A stretch of 64,000 nucleotides of DNA, taken from Armatimonadota bacterium (GTDB taxonomy: Bacteria > Armatimonadota > HRBIN16). The notes under the pieces are model-generated. The model had not been told where the DNA came from. It ran no database searches and was given only the letters and a program-made list of their open reading frames with translations. The position numbers were made by a program, and so were the translations under genes. Of the stretch, positions 10,321-20,309 are shown piece by piece (the first letter of the stretch is position 1; the number at the start of each line of letters is the position of its first letter). Location: the NCBI GenBank assembly GCA_963677485.1, contig OY781964.1, positions 2,272,001 to 2,336,000 of the forward strand, given 5' to 3'.

Positions 10321-10757
10321 TCCCGCAGCCTTCTGAACACTGCAGAAATGGCCGGTGTGAAACGCTCCGCCTGGACTTGTCCAGACTTCAACAACGCACG
10401 GAGCTGCTCCGCATTCTGAATGGGGAATTTCTGCATGAGTGCCAGTAAAGCGCGGCCGGTCACTCCCGGCAAGGTCAGTATCTCTTGCACTCCGGCAGGT
10501 ATCTGCTGCTTTATCTTATCCAGCAGTGGGAAGCTGCCGGTTTCAACCAGCAACTGCGCTTTTTCGTATATCGCCTTGCCGACACCAGGGATTTTTTCAA
10601 ACAGGCCGGTTTTCAGAGCTTCAACAAGCGGCATATCCAGTCTTTCGATGGCGTCTGCGGCAGCGCGGTAGGCCCTTACCTTGAAGGGGCTGTCATTCAG
10701 GTATTCCAACGCATTTGCCACAAAACGAAATGTGGCCGCAATCTGATCGTTTGTCAT
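10311..10757 (-). CDS. Stand-alone PolX N-terminal (8-kDa/HhH) domain protein
   Basis: MTNDQIA, PFKVRAYRAAA, IPGVGKAI, LPGV motifs; only 148 aa, with no polymerase or PHP domain. Confidence 0.8.
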   Translation of the reverse strand: MTNDQIAATFRFVANALEYLNDSPFKVRAYRAAADAIERLDMPLVEALKTGLFEKIPGVGKAIYEKAQLLVETGSFPLLDKIKQQIPAGVQEILTLPGVTGRALLALMQKFPIQNAEQLRALLKSGQVQAERFTPAISAVFRRLREWK

Positions 10758-12052
10758 TGTCGCCTTTCACGTGCCAGCCTGGCGATGGCCGCCGCAAGCT
10801 TGTCGGCGTTATGGCGGACGATGGTGTTTTCATTGATGAAGTCACCAAGCACCACCTTGACGCCCAGCTCACGGATACGGTCGGCATCTGGCTCCACAAA
10901 CTCTGCGCCGGTGGACGCGTAGCGGTTCAGCACATCAGCGGCAGGGCGGGTGGTGTTGACCAGCACATAATCTATTAACTTTAGGTCCGTATGGTCCATG
11001 AATACGCGCACATGGTCACTGGCTGAAAAGCGGTCAGTTTCGCCGGGCTGCGTCATGACATTACATACATATACCTTCAACGCACTGCTGCGGTGGATGG
11101 CGCGCGCAATAGAATCGACCAGCAGGTTTGGTAATACGGAAGTATACACACTACCAGGGCCAAGAACGACCACGTCGGCTTCCAGAATCGCTTGAATGGC
11201 CTCTTCTGGTGGTAAGACATCGCGCGGTTTGAGCTCCAACTGTCTGATCGCAGACGGGTGGGCGACGATGTTAGTTTCGCCTTCCACCTCCGAGCCGTCG
11301 GCCATACGGGCCAGCAGACGCACCTGGTGTAGTGTTGAGGGCAGCACACGCCCCTTGATGGCCAGAACTTTGCTAGTCTTCTGAATGGCATTTTCAAAGT
11401 CACCGGTGATGGCGGTCATGGCCACAATCAACAGGTTGCCGAAAGAGTGCCCTTCCAAACCTGGAGGCGAAGTAAAGCGGTATTGGAACAGCTCCTGCAT
11501 CGTCGGTTCGGCATCGGCAAGCGCTACCAGGCAGTTGCGGATATCGCCTGGGGGCAGCACGTGGAACTCCTCTACCAGCCGTCCTGAGCTGCCGCCGTCA
11601 TCAGTCACCGTCACGATCGCTGTGATATTGCTGGTGTACTGCTTCAAACCGCGCAGCATCGTGCTCAAGCCGGTACCTCCGCCCACTACCACCACGCGCG
11701 CGCCGGATTTCAGGCGGCTTTTGCTATTAATGGTGATGGCCAGGTTCTGCGCGGCGATAGGGTCGATTGCGTATGCAACGGTACGGACCAGGCCACGCAC
11801 CATCAATAGACAGAATGCCAATCCTAACAGTAGCAGAAATACGCCCAGGCCGATACCCATACTGCGAGACATCTGTTCGGTAATGAGATGCAACATATTG
11901 GTTCGAAGAGGCAGCAGGCTTTCCAGTAATAGTTGAAGGCCAAGAAACGCGATACCTACCCCAATCAACGCACCCATGAACCAACGCTTGATCTGTATAC
12001 CGGGCCTGAGCCAGGATAGTCGCGGGTGTTTTGGGCGTGGTGGATGGGTCAT
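10754..12052 (-). CDS. yvcK: YvcK/GlmR (CofD-like) UDP-GlcNAc-binding protein with N-terminal TM segments
   Basis: GGGTGLS, DDGGSSGRL, PPGDIRNC, GHSFGNL, GPGSVYTS, NVMTQPGET. Confidence 0.93.
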   Translation of the reverse strand: MTHPPRPKHPRLSWLRPGIQIKRWFMGALIGVGIAFLGLQLLLESLLPLRTNMLHLITEQMSRSMGIGLGVFLLLLGLAFCLLMVRGLVRTVAYAIDPIAAQNLAITINSKSRLKSGARVVVVGGGTGLSTMLRGLKQYTSNITAIVTVTDDGGSSGRLVEEFHVLPPGDIRNCLVALADAEPTMQELFQYRFTSPPGLEGHSFGNLLIVAMTAITGDFENAIQKTSKVLAIKGRVLPSTLHQVRLLARMADGSEVEGETNIVAHPSAIRQLELKPRDVLPPEEAIQAILEADVVVLGPGSVYTSVLPNLLVDSIARAIHRSSALKVYVCNVMTQPGETDRFSASDHVRVFMDHTDLKLIDYVLVNTTRPAADVLNRYASTGAEFVEPDADRIRELGVKVVLGDFINENTIVRHNADKLAAAIARLARERRQ

Positions 12053-12053
12053 G

Positions 12054-12941
12054 TTATTCTGCCCTCATCGGTGACGTGTTGATATCTCGGTGCTGTACGC
12101 CCACGCGGTAACCGGTGGCTTCCAGCCTTTGTGCCAGTTCCTCCGCCATGACCACGCTTCGATGCCGTCCGCCTGTGCAGCCGATGCCAATCGTGAGGTA
12201 TGCCTTACCCTCTTTTATGTATTGGGGCAGGGTGAAGGACACAAGGTCGACCAGCTTCACCATAAACGGCTCCGCCAAATCGTCTTTAAACACATACTCA
12301 CGGATGGAGCGGTTAATGCCGGTCATATCACGCAGTTCGGGTTGGTAATAGGGGTTGCGCAGGAAACGGACATCAAACACCAGGTCAGCGTCAATCGGCA
12401 CGCCATGCTTGAATCCAAACGAGCAGACAGTGATGCAGAGCCCAGATTGGCTGCCTTCCTGTCCGTAGTCATTTTTCAATCTCATGCGCAGCTCAGCGGG
12501 GGTATACTGGGAGGTATCAATGATATGATGGGCCACCTCACGGATGGGCTCCATCACCAGCTTTTCGGCACGGATCGCCTCAAGTATGGTCGGGTACTGC
12601 TCAAACAAGGGGTGTTTACGGCGGGTCTCTTTGAACCGCTGAACCAGCACGCCATCGCTGGCATCCAGGTAGAGGATTTTGATGTCGGCACCAAGGCTTT
12701 GGGCCTGCCGCACGTAGCTCAGTGTTTCTTGGAACATCTGACCGCTTCGGGTGTCGATCACCACGGCGATGCGCTTCTGTTTGCTCCAGTGGGCGCTGTT
12801 GACCAGGCTGACTAGCCCAGGAAGTAGCCCGGGCGGCAGGTTGTCAACGCAGGTATATCCCAAATCCTCAAACGTCTGCTGAACCAGTTGCTTCCCAGCT
12901 CCAGAGGCACCAGTGATGATGACCCACTGTTGATTACCCAT
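12054..12941 (-). CDS. rapZ: RNase adapter RapZ/YvcJ
   Basis: ITGASGAGK, CVDNLP, ETRRKHPL, SFGFKHG, DVRFLRNP, GCTGGRHRSV. Confidence 0.95.
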   Translation of the reverse strand: MGNQQWVIITGASGAGKQLVQQTFEDLGYTCVDNLPPGLLPGLVSLVNSAHWSKQKRIAVVIDTRSGQMFQETLSYVRQAQSLGADIKILYLDASDGVLVQRFKETRRKHPLFEQYPTILEAIRAEKLVMEPIREVAHHIIDTSQYTPAELRMRLKNDYGQEGSQSGLCITVCSFGFKHGVPIDADLVFDVRFLRNPYYQPELRDMTGINRSIREYVFKDDLAEPFMVKLVDLVSFTLPQYIKEGKAYLTIGIGCTGGRHRSVVMAEELAQRLEATGYRVGVQHRDINTSPMRAE

Positions 12942-12947
12942 ACTGAC

Positions 12948-13322
12948 TTATCCTCTTCTTACTAATGCAGATGATGTGACGTTTTGAAGACTGCTGTTCA
13001 CCAGGCTCATGATGATGGAGCCCACCATCGCCGCCACAAACCCATTTACGTCAAAGTCGGGAGACAACCACCCCGCCAGCCAGAATAGGAAGGCGTTAAT
13101 GGGCAGGTTGATTAGCCCCAAAGTGAGGCAACTTAAGGGTAAAGCGAACAACCGTATCAGGGGGCCTATGGAGCAGTTGATCAGTGCAAAAACAGCTGCA
13201 GCCAGCATCACACCCCAGAAGTTTTGCGACAGCGACATGCCCAGGTGCAGCATGATACCCAGCTTCACCGTGACGATCAGCGAAACCGCTGACACGATCC
13301 ATCGGGCGAAAAATTCAACCAT
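12948..13322 (-). CDS. YvlD / 4-TMS phage-holin-family membrane protein
   Basis: Four TM segments, LPLSCLTLGL..INA motif; typical neighbour of rapZ. Confidence 0.8.
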   Translation of the reverse strand: MVEFFARWIVSAVSLIVTVKLGIMLHLGMSLSQNFWGVMLAAAVFALINCSIGPLIRLFALPLSCLTLGLINLPINAFLFWLAGWLSPDFDVNGFVAAMVGSIIMSLVNSSLQNVTSSALVRRG

Positions 13323-13390
13323 CGAGACATCTCCGCATCCGCTCTGTACTGACCTTGACAACGAATGACTGTAGATACATGATAGCAGGT

Positions 13391-14314
13391 TTACCGCTCG
13401 TCTTCCTCACCGTGAACGCGGACTAGCAGGGTAGGACAAGCTGCATTGGCTATCAGTTGCGGACTTTGGCTGCGGCTCCAGAAGGCATCCCAGGCCGATC
13501 TGCCGTGCGTGGCCAGCACCAGCAGCCCGCTGTGCTCCTGGTTCGCCGCGATGCTGATCTGTTCTACCACATCGCCCCGACGCACCTCACCGCGCATGTC
13601 GATCCCCCGCTCACGGTAAGGCTGACAGAGCTGTCGCAGATACTCCACGGCACTCTGTGTGGCTGCCTCCAGAGCGGCCTCTGTGGCGTTAGGCAGCAGG
13701 TTGCGTGTCGCCGCCCTGTTACCCGTCAGGTCGGCGCTTGTCGGCACAACCTGCAGTAGCTGGATGCTCATTTGGCAGGCGTCAGCCAGGCTCACGGCCC
13801 ACTCCATACCCGCCTCATGAGCCGGTGTTCCATCCAGTGCGACTATGATACGCCCTTCCATCAAGACCTTTGAGGGCACACGCTCTGCCTTGAACATCAG
13901 CACTGGCACTTCCGATAATGCGATGATCTGCTGCACCACGTTGCCATGCAGCATCTCGTGGAAACCGCCACCATGATGCAGAGCCACCACCACCAGGTCG
14001 GTGTTGAGCTCCTTCACATGCTGGGCGATGCTGGCGGGAATGTTCTCTTCAGGTAGAGAGTGCAAGTCGGTCTCTACGGCCACTCCTTGCTCCACCAGCC
14101 GATCGGCCACGCTCTTCAGGTAGCTTAACGCGTGTTCACTGTCTGCAAGATGGGCGTGGCCATGGGTCTCAGCTTTCGCATGAGCTTCGATGGCATGGAA
14201 CAGCACGCAGACGGCATCGAACTTATGTGCCAACTGGACCGCCGGTTGGACGGCGAGTTCGGCTTGCTCTGAGCCGTTGAGCGGAACGAGTATGCGTTTA
14301 ATCTGCTTGCTCAT
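13391..14314 (-). CDS. Tandem-domain universal stress protein
   Basis: RILVPLNGS...PVL and IIVALDG...LATHGRS...CPTLLV. Confidence 0.88.
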   Translation of the reverse strand: MSKQIKRILVPLNGSEQAELAVQPAVQLAHKFDAVCVLFHAIEAHAKAETHGHAHLADSEHALSYLKSVADRLVEQGVAVETDLHSLPEENIPASIAQHVKELNTDLVVVALHHGGGFHEMLHGNVVQQIIALSEVPVLMFKAERVPSKVLMEGRIIVALDGTPAHEAGMEWAVSLADACQMSIQLLQVVPTSADLTGNRAATRNLLPNATEAALEAATQSAVEYLRQLCQPYRERGIDMRGEVRRGDVVEQISIAANQEHSGLLVLATHGRSAWDAFWSRSQSPQLIANAACPTLLVRVHGEEDER

Positions 14315-15621
14315 GCGAATAACCCTTTCACCGTTTCGAAGAGAAGGAACAGGTTCAACACCACGATCAGCGAGGCGACCGCAGCCGCCACGACCGTGGT
14401 GATTTTGTGGTTGACCAGGTCACCCATCAGCTTTTTGTCTGCCGTGAAAACAACCAGTGGGATGATAGCAAATGGCAGCCCGAAGCTAAGCAGCACCTGG
14501 CTGATGACGAGTGTGCGCGTTGGGTCTGTGCCCAGCATGATGACAAGCAGGGCAGGGAGCATGGTGATGAGCCGCCGGAGCCATGGGGCGATATGGGTTC
14601 TCATAAAGCCTTGCATGATCACTTGTCCGCTCATCGTGCCCACGGCGCTGGAACTCAACCCGGCGGCCAGCAGTGCCCCGCCAAACACCCAACTGGCGGC
14701 GGGGCCTAGCAGTGGGGTCAGTGCTTTGTATGCGATTTCTATGCTGCCCACGTTCTGGTGGCCAGAGGCATGAAAGGCAGCGGCGGCCGTCACCAGCATG
14801 GCCATATTCACCAGCCCGGCCAGGCTCATGGCCAGCACCACATCCATGATCTGGAAGCGCATCAGCTTGCGGCGCATCTCAGGGCTTTTCACCACGATAC
14901 GCCCCGCGGTGAGTGCTGAATGAAGGAAAATCACATGCGGCATGACGGTCGCGCCTAGAATGCCACAGGCCAGCAGGATGCTTTCGGTACCGGCAAATCG
15001 CGGATTGATGATGGAGTGCATGATCTGCGCGCCATCTGGATGGCCAATCCACATCTCAATGAGGTAGCACAGCGCGATACTGCCCACAAAGGCGCTGATG
15101 ACGGCTTCCAGCGGACGGAACCCGAAACGCTCCATGGTCAAGATGAGGAAGGTGGCGATTGCTGTAATGAAGCCGGCCCATATCAGGGGGATACCGAATA
15201 ATAGATACATGCCGAGAGCGGCCCCAAGAAATTCCGCGAGATCGGTGGCCATGGCCACCAGCTCCATTAAGATCCAAAGGGTGACGGTGACCGGCTTAGG
15301 GTATTTATCACGGCAACACTCCGCCAGGTTCTTGCCCGTGGCGATGCCCAGCTTGGCGGAGAGGGTTTGGATAAGCATGGCCATGAGGTTGCTGGCTACG
15401 ATGACCCATACCAGCAGGTAGCCGTATTTGGCTCCAGCCTGGATGTTTGTGGCGAAGTTGCCCGGGTCAACATATGCGATGGAGGCGATGAAAGCAGGGC
15501 CGAAGAACGGCATGATCCTGGCGACCAATCCCTTTTTGGAGTGGCCGCTTAGTGTTTCGTTCGCCACGGTGATGACCGCATCATCCGCTTGCGAGAGCGA
15601 GGTTCTCAGTTGATCAGGCAC
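14311..15621 (-). CDS. mntH: Nramp-family Mn2+ transporter
   Basis: YVDPGNFATN, ATDLAEFLG, GATVMPH, GTMSGQVIMQGF, SQVLLS. Confidence 0.95.
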   Translation of the reverse strand: MPDQLRTSLSQADDAVITVANETLSGHSKKGLVARIMPFFGPAFIASIAYVDPGNFATNIQAGAKYGYLLVWVIVASNLMAMLIQTLSAKLGIATGKNLAECCRDKYPKPVTVTLWILMELVAMATDLAEFLGAALGMYLLFGIPLIWAGFITAIATFLILTMERFGFRPLEAVISAFVGSIALCYLIEMWIGHPDGAQIMHSIINPRFAGTESILLACGILGATVMPHVIFLHSALTAGRIVVKSPEMRRKLMRFQIMDVVLAMSLAGLVNMAMLVTAAAAFHASGHQNVGSIEIAYKALTPLLGPAASWVFGGALLAAGLSSSAVGTMSGQVIMQGFMRTHIAPWLRRLITMLPALLVIMLGTDPTRTLVISQVLLSFGLPFAIIPLVVFTADKKLMGDLVNHKITTVVAAAVASLIVVLNLFLLFETVKGLFA

Positions 15622-15641
15622 GATCTCTTGTTCCTTTCACC

Positions 15642-15670
15642 GAAACATTTCGTTAGGCGACTGTTGTTTC
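15642..15670 (-). promoter_or_regulatory. Possible DtxR/MntR-type operator upstream of mntH
   Basis: Imperfect palindrome GAAACA-TTTCGTTAGGCGACTGT-TGTTTC just upstream of the mntH RBS. The assignment is inferred from context. Confidence 0.3.
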
Positions 15671-15725
15671 TCAAGCACGCTGGCGTGTATAACCGCCTCA
15701 GGCCGCGTTGGTAAGTAACTTGGTT

Positions 15726-15888
15726 GGCTATGTCCGGGGCGGTCTGTCAGTACGCCTGCAGAGGCCACTGTCTATAGACCGCGCCGGTCTTGTTCCTGAC
15801 ACAAATCTACAAGGCTGTCCGCCAGACCGGCGCGGTCTTGAGCCTTCTGCATCCGCTAGCCTACGCACAGACCGCCCCGGACATAGGC
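15726..15888. repeat. Repeat family A: ~150-160 bp nested-palindrome (REPIN/MITE-like) element
   Basis: Ends CTATGTCCGGGGCGGTC / GACCGCCCCGGACATAG, inner AGACCGCGCCGGTCT / AGACCGGCGCGGTCT; further copies at 31704, 41343-41780, 44053-44630 and 49566. Confidence 0.85.
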
Positions 15889-16008
15889 AAAACTTGTCTG
15901 CACTAATCGTTGTTGATTCGATAGTTTGGTTTTAGGGCGCCCACAAGGGACGCCCCTACGACCAGTTTCAGTTACAGTCTGGGCTGCCGTGCCAGCACGG
16001 GCGGGTGC

Positions 16009-17500
16009 TTATGCCCGTTTCATGGTCAGGCAACTGAGTATGAAATGCCAGCCGATGTTTATGTCATGCGCCATGCTGGCACTCACCGCATAAAGGCCTC
16101 TGCGGCGTAGACTTCATCTTCTGTGGCTTTACTGCCAAACCTGACATCAGCTTCATTCATCAGCCCGCCTTTGGCTTTGAGGTAAAGGCTGCGCCAGTCT
16201 TTGGGAAGCAACTGAATCTCCTCAGCACTTCTGGGCGCCACGCCAACAAACCGGCAGTGGCCCATGGCCACGTTCCATAACCCTGGCAGAACCCTAAGAA
16301 CCAAAGCACTCCAGCCTCTGCCCGCGTGGGGATAGTTGCTTACAGGCCGATCCTGTTCTGCTAACTCTTTCGGTTTACGAATGAAGGTGAGCAGATTATA
16401 GTACTGCCATTCGAAGTCGTCATCTGTAGCGGGTAATCGCACGCACTGGAACCCCAGCAGTGGGTTATGCCCGCGCTTCAGGAATAGAATAATCCAGACC
16501 AGAACGAACACGGGGAGCGTCAGTATCCACAGCACGATGCCTATCAACTGCGAGAGCACGCGGTCTATGGTGATACCCACCGAGGCGGTATTGAGGCTTC
16601 CCAGTATGAAGTTGTCCCGCACGTTGATTGCGCCGCCATCACGGGCGTTGATCAACAGGTTTCGGTCTATCAGCGTATCCTGCAGCTCAAGACCTTCGCC
16701 CACAAAGCTGTTAGGGAATATCACGCTGTTTTTCACACTGCATTTACTGTCTAGAACACATCCGCTGCCTATCACGGCATGGGGGCCCAGGTGAACTGCG
16801 TTGCCTATACGGCTGTTCTCGCCGATATAGACGGGCGGCTCCAGCACGATGTTGGAGGGCATCACCACGTTACGGCTGATCCATATACCCGGTTCAACTT
16901 CGCGGCCAGACATCATCAGACCCAGAAACTTTTTGTCCAGAACCAATTGGTGCGAGTTCAGTACAGCATCGTATGCACGGTTACTCAGGATATAATCCGG
17001 TATGATGTAGTCTACACCATCAACCTTCTTACACATGGCTGCTGCCAGCTCACCAGGATCCATATCATCGTAGCGCGACAATAGGTTCCATGGCATCACA
17101 CACCAGCCGGTCCATTCGTGCTCAGACTTCAACACCACTGTTGGCTTGGTGAGCTCCGCCAGGTTTGGCAGCTCAGGCAGCTTATCTCCCTGACCGATCA
17201 CCACCATCATCTCTTCATCTACGTCCATCGTACGTAGATAGACGGCTGGGATTTCACCCTGCCTCAGCAGGTGATAACTGACTTGAACCCCCCACCGGGA
17301 GCCGTCACCAAACAGCTCTTCAATCTTTTCCGGCATGTCACCCAGAAGAAAATCAAATCGGCTCACACCACGGTCCGCCAGATACTCTAGAACATGCTGC
17401 ACCATAGGCCGGTCGATGATCGGCAGCATCGCCGACGGCAGCCGTTCGGTAAACGCGCTAATATTGGCAGAATCACCGGTGGTGTTGATAATGGCTCTCA
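16009..17500 (-). CDS. NDP-sugar nucleotidyltransferase-like + left-handed beta-helix + degenerate phosphoglycosyltransferase domain; probable 1-nt frameshift at ~16093
   Basis: MRAII...LPSAMLPIIDRP, FGDGSRWGV, PPVYIGENSRIG hexapeptides, FVGVAPRS. Adding one T to TTT extends the frame to AEAFYAVSASMAHDINIGWHFILSCLTMKRA*. Confidence 0.75.
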
Positions 17501-18901
17501 TATTGCGACAGTCCTCCGTTTGATGTTCATTTTTTCGAGCATCACATGGAACAGGAACACCACGTTGCCCACGACGTAGCGCTTCCACATTCTTCCGGGC
17601 TCCATGGCTAGCCGATAAGCCCACTCAAATCCGATCTCACGTACCCATTGCGGCGCACGGGAAATACGCCCTGAATAGAAGTCAAACAAACCGCCTACAC
17701 CCATCACGACAGGCACATTAAGCTCTTTCAGGTGCTGCCTCAGCCACACATCCTGCCTTGGTACTCCGAAGGCCACCAGAAGAATACTGGCGCCTGAGTT
17801 GCGGATACCCCGGATGACGTCCGCTTCTTCTTCCGGTTTGTAATAGCCGTGATGATATCCGCTAATGAGCATATTCGGGTAGTTTTTATTCACCCAGTTC
17901 ACTACCGTTTCGGGAATACCTTCCCTGGCTCCGAGCAGGTAGATGCCCCGTCCTGTGCCCTCCATGGCTTCCATCAGGCGGGGGAAAAGGTCGGTGCCGT
18001 TCACATTTTGCTTGATGTCACGGCGCAGCAGCTTTCCGGCGAGTTTTAAGCCGATGCCATCGGCCAGACTTAAAGCCGCCTCCTGCAAGGTGCGTAAATA
18101 AGATGCATCTTTGTAGGCCACATTCGCGCAGTGAGCATTCACAAACACCACCTGCTTTGGGGTGGGGTCCTGCATCATATTGTCGAGTTGCTCCAGGGTG
18201 TCCGTCATGGTCAGGTTGTTGATAGGGATATCCAGGATGGTCAGGCTTTCTGGTGCGGTGGCTACCCCTTCGCCATACAGGATGGCCGGGATGGCCCTCA
18301 GCGCGATGCCGATGTCACCTTTCAGCGTTTGAGTCTCGTTGTATTCGAGGTCTGTTTCCATCTCGGTGCCGTAGTCGATATTGGCCCGTCGGCGTATCCA
18401 CCATGGGCCGATGATTCCTGGCCTGACGTTGAACCGGCGCCTGATCGCCCGCTCCTTCATACTGATTTCATCGGGTGCGAGCGCACGCGGACCCACGAAC
18501 GAGAGTTCACCACGCACGATGTTGAACAGAATGGGCAGTTTATTGATGCCCAATGCCTGCATCAGCTTGCTGACAGGGTTCTTTCCCGGAACGATGGTAT
18601 AGACGTTGAACAGGTCGCAGTAACGGCCGACCTTCCTGATCCGCCTGAGACCGCCGCCACCCGCACGGGCTGTGACGCCTGCGATGATCATCAGCGGCAG
18701 TAATATGATAAAGAGCGGAAGGGCGACCACAAAATCAACCAGCCGTTTGAGCTGTGAAAGAACCTGAACGAAGAACAACCAGGAGAACCCAGCCAAAAAC
18801 CGTTGAATTTTCAACCGCCACATACCGCGTGTGCTAAACCGCCGGTATAGCTCATCGCGTATCTGTTGGTCCTTATTCTGTTGCTTTGGTGGTTGTGTCA
18901 T
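17498..18901 (-). CDS. Sugar-transferase (PGT-like) domain fused to WecB/TagA/CpsF glycosyltransferase
   Basis: LKRLVD, SFVGPR, VRPGI; then VFVNAH, LADGIG, NGTDL, VAFGVPRQD, MGVGGLFD, RAP.W, EW.YRL..EP.R.WKRY. Confidence 0.9.
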   Translation of the reverse strand: MTQPPKQQNKDQQIRDELYRRFSTRGMWRLKIQRFLAGFSWLFFVQVLSQLKRLVDFVVALPLFIILLPLMIIAGVTARAGGGGLRRIRKVGRYCDLFNVYTIVPGKNPVSKLMQALGINKLPILFNIVRGELSFVGPRALAPDEISMKERAIRRRFNVRPGIIGPWWIRRRANIDYGTEMETDLEYNETQTLKGDIGIALRAIPAILYGEGVATAPESLTILDIPINNLTMTDTLEQLDNMMQDPTPKQVVFVNAHCANVAYKDASYLRTLQEAALSLADGIGLKLAGKLLRRDIKQNVNGTDLFPRLMEAMEGTGRGIYLLGAREGIPETVVNWVNKNYPNMLISGYHHGYYKPEEEADVIRGIRNSGASILLVAFGVPRQDVWLRQHLKELNVPVVMGVGGLFDFYSGRISRAPQWVREIGFEWAYRLAMEPGRMWKRYVVGNVVFLFHVMLEKMNIKRRTVAI

Positions 18902-18927
18902 TCTACCCCTCGTGGTGATAGGCTGGG

Positions 18928-19674
18928 TTAATAAGCACCTTTTCCGAACAAAACGGCGGGTATAGTCTTAAAAAGCAGCACAATATCAAACCACAGGCTC
19001 TGGCTTTCGATGTACAACACATCCAGCTTTACCTGTTGATCAAACGGGATGTCGCCGCGGCCACTGACCTGCCAGATGCAAGTCAAGCCAGGCACCACCT
19101 CCAGCCGACGACGGTCTTGAAGGGTGTATAACGCGACCTCGCGGGGCAGGGCCGGCCTGGGCCCTACCAGCGACATATCACCGGTCAGCACGCACCAGAG
19201 CTGAGGTGCTTCGTCAATGCTCAGTTTACGGATGATGCGGCCGATCCAAGTGATGCGCGGATCATTCTTCATTTTGAACGTGACGCCGGTGCTGCCGTGC
19301 TGGTTGCTTTGCAGCAGTTTATCTTTGAGTGCCTCTGCGTTGGTGACCATACTGCGGAACTTGGGAAAGGGGAACTCACGGCCATACTGTCCCACGCGCG
19401 TTTGCCAAAACAGAACCGGCCCGCGGTCGGTCAGCTTAATCGCCAGGGCGACAAACAGCCATACCGGAGCGAGCAGCACTATCGCACAGAACGAGACTAC
19501 GATATCCAGCAGGCGTTTGAGAAACCTGGCTCCCACCACAAAGAATAGCCATGCGTATTTTTTTCGCAGAAAATTCCATCCTCCACGCGCATTGGTTTTA
19601 GTGCCGTATCGTCGGTACAACTCCTCAATCAACTCTTCTCGTATGGCTAAGTCGTATCCGGCCTTAAGGCTCAT
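18928..19674 (-). CDS. Undecaprenyl-phosphate phosphoglycosyltransferase (bacterial sugar transferase)
   Basis: KRLLDI, KFRSM, DPRIT.IG..IRK.SIDEAPQL, GDMSLVGPRP, PGLTCIWQVSGR. Confidence 0.93.
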   Translation of the reverse strand: MSLKAGYDLAIREELIEELYRRYGTKTNARGGWNFLRKKYAWLFFVVGARFLKRLLDIVVSFCAIVLLAPVWLFVALAIKLTDRGPVLFWQTRVGQYGREFPFPKFRSMVTNAEALKDKLLQSNQHGSTGVTFKMKNDPRITWIGRIIRKLSIDEAPQLWCVLTGDMSLVGPRPALPREVALYTLQDRRRLEVVPGLTCIWQVSGRGDIPFDQQVKLDVLYIESQSLWFDIVLLFKTIPAVLFGKGAY

Positions 19675-20309
19675 TGCGGCGTGGCCTCCGATTCTAGCTT
19701 GCTCAGAATCCACTCCACAGACGTCGCCACGGGTTTTGTGCCATCCAATACCACATCGGCGTAGTGCCTGGTTGGTGCGACGTACTGAATATACATGGGC
19801 TTTACAGTAGTTTCGTAGTGTTTGATTACCTCGGTACGTTCGCGCTTACGCTCTACCATATCGCGGCTGATGCGCCTGGCTAATGCCACGCCCTCTGGAG
19901 CTTGTACGTACACACCCAAGTCTAGTAAATCCCTGATATCGTGATTGTATAACGCAAAAATGCCCTCTATGATCAGCACACCACCAGGACTTAATGTGAC
20001 AGTCTCTGGCTTACGGTCATGCACTGTAAAGTCGTATATGGGTAATTCTGCGCTTTCTTGATTGTACAACTGGCGAATCACCTTGACAATGCAGGGCCAG
20101 TCGAGTGCGTCTGGGTGGTCGAAATTCACCTCAGCGCGCTGTTGAGGGCTGAGATGGGTCAGCGGATTGTAGAAGCTGTCCAGGCCCACAATGACCGGGC
20201 TGAGCGGTGCCAACAGTTTAGCCAACTGCTTGGCGATGACACTCTTCCCCGAACCCGAAGGCCCTGCTATGGCGATGGTGATAGGATGCGCGTTTGCAGT
20301 GAGGCTCAT
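19671..20309 (-). CDS. udk: Uridine kinase
   Basis: IAGPSGSGKS, NFDHPDALD, PIYDF..HDR, IIEGI, RRISRD..ER, VKPMY..YV.PT..YAD. Confidence 0.9.
   Translation of the reverse strand: MSLTANAHPITIAIAGPSGSGKSVIAKQLAKLLAPLSPVIVGLDSFYNPLTHLSPQQRAEVNFDHPDALDWPCIVKVIRQLYNQESAELPIYDFTVHDRKPETVTLSPGGVLIIEGIFALYNHDIRDLLDLGVYVQAPEGVALARRISRDMVERKRERTEVIKHYETTVKPMYIQYVAPTRHYADVVLDGTKPVATSVEWILSKLESEATPQ

Noticed and set aside
12948-13322. Prophage holin
   Set aside because: This is a YvlD-type housekeeping neighbour of rapZ; no phage genes are nearby.
15622-15725. yybP-ykoY Mn riboswitch before mntH
   Set aside because: The characteristic conserved motifs were not recognised, and the leader is short and bounded by a repeat.
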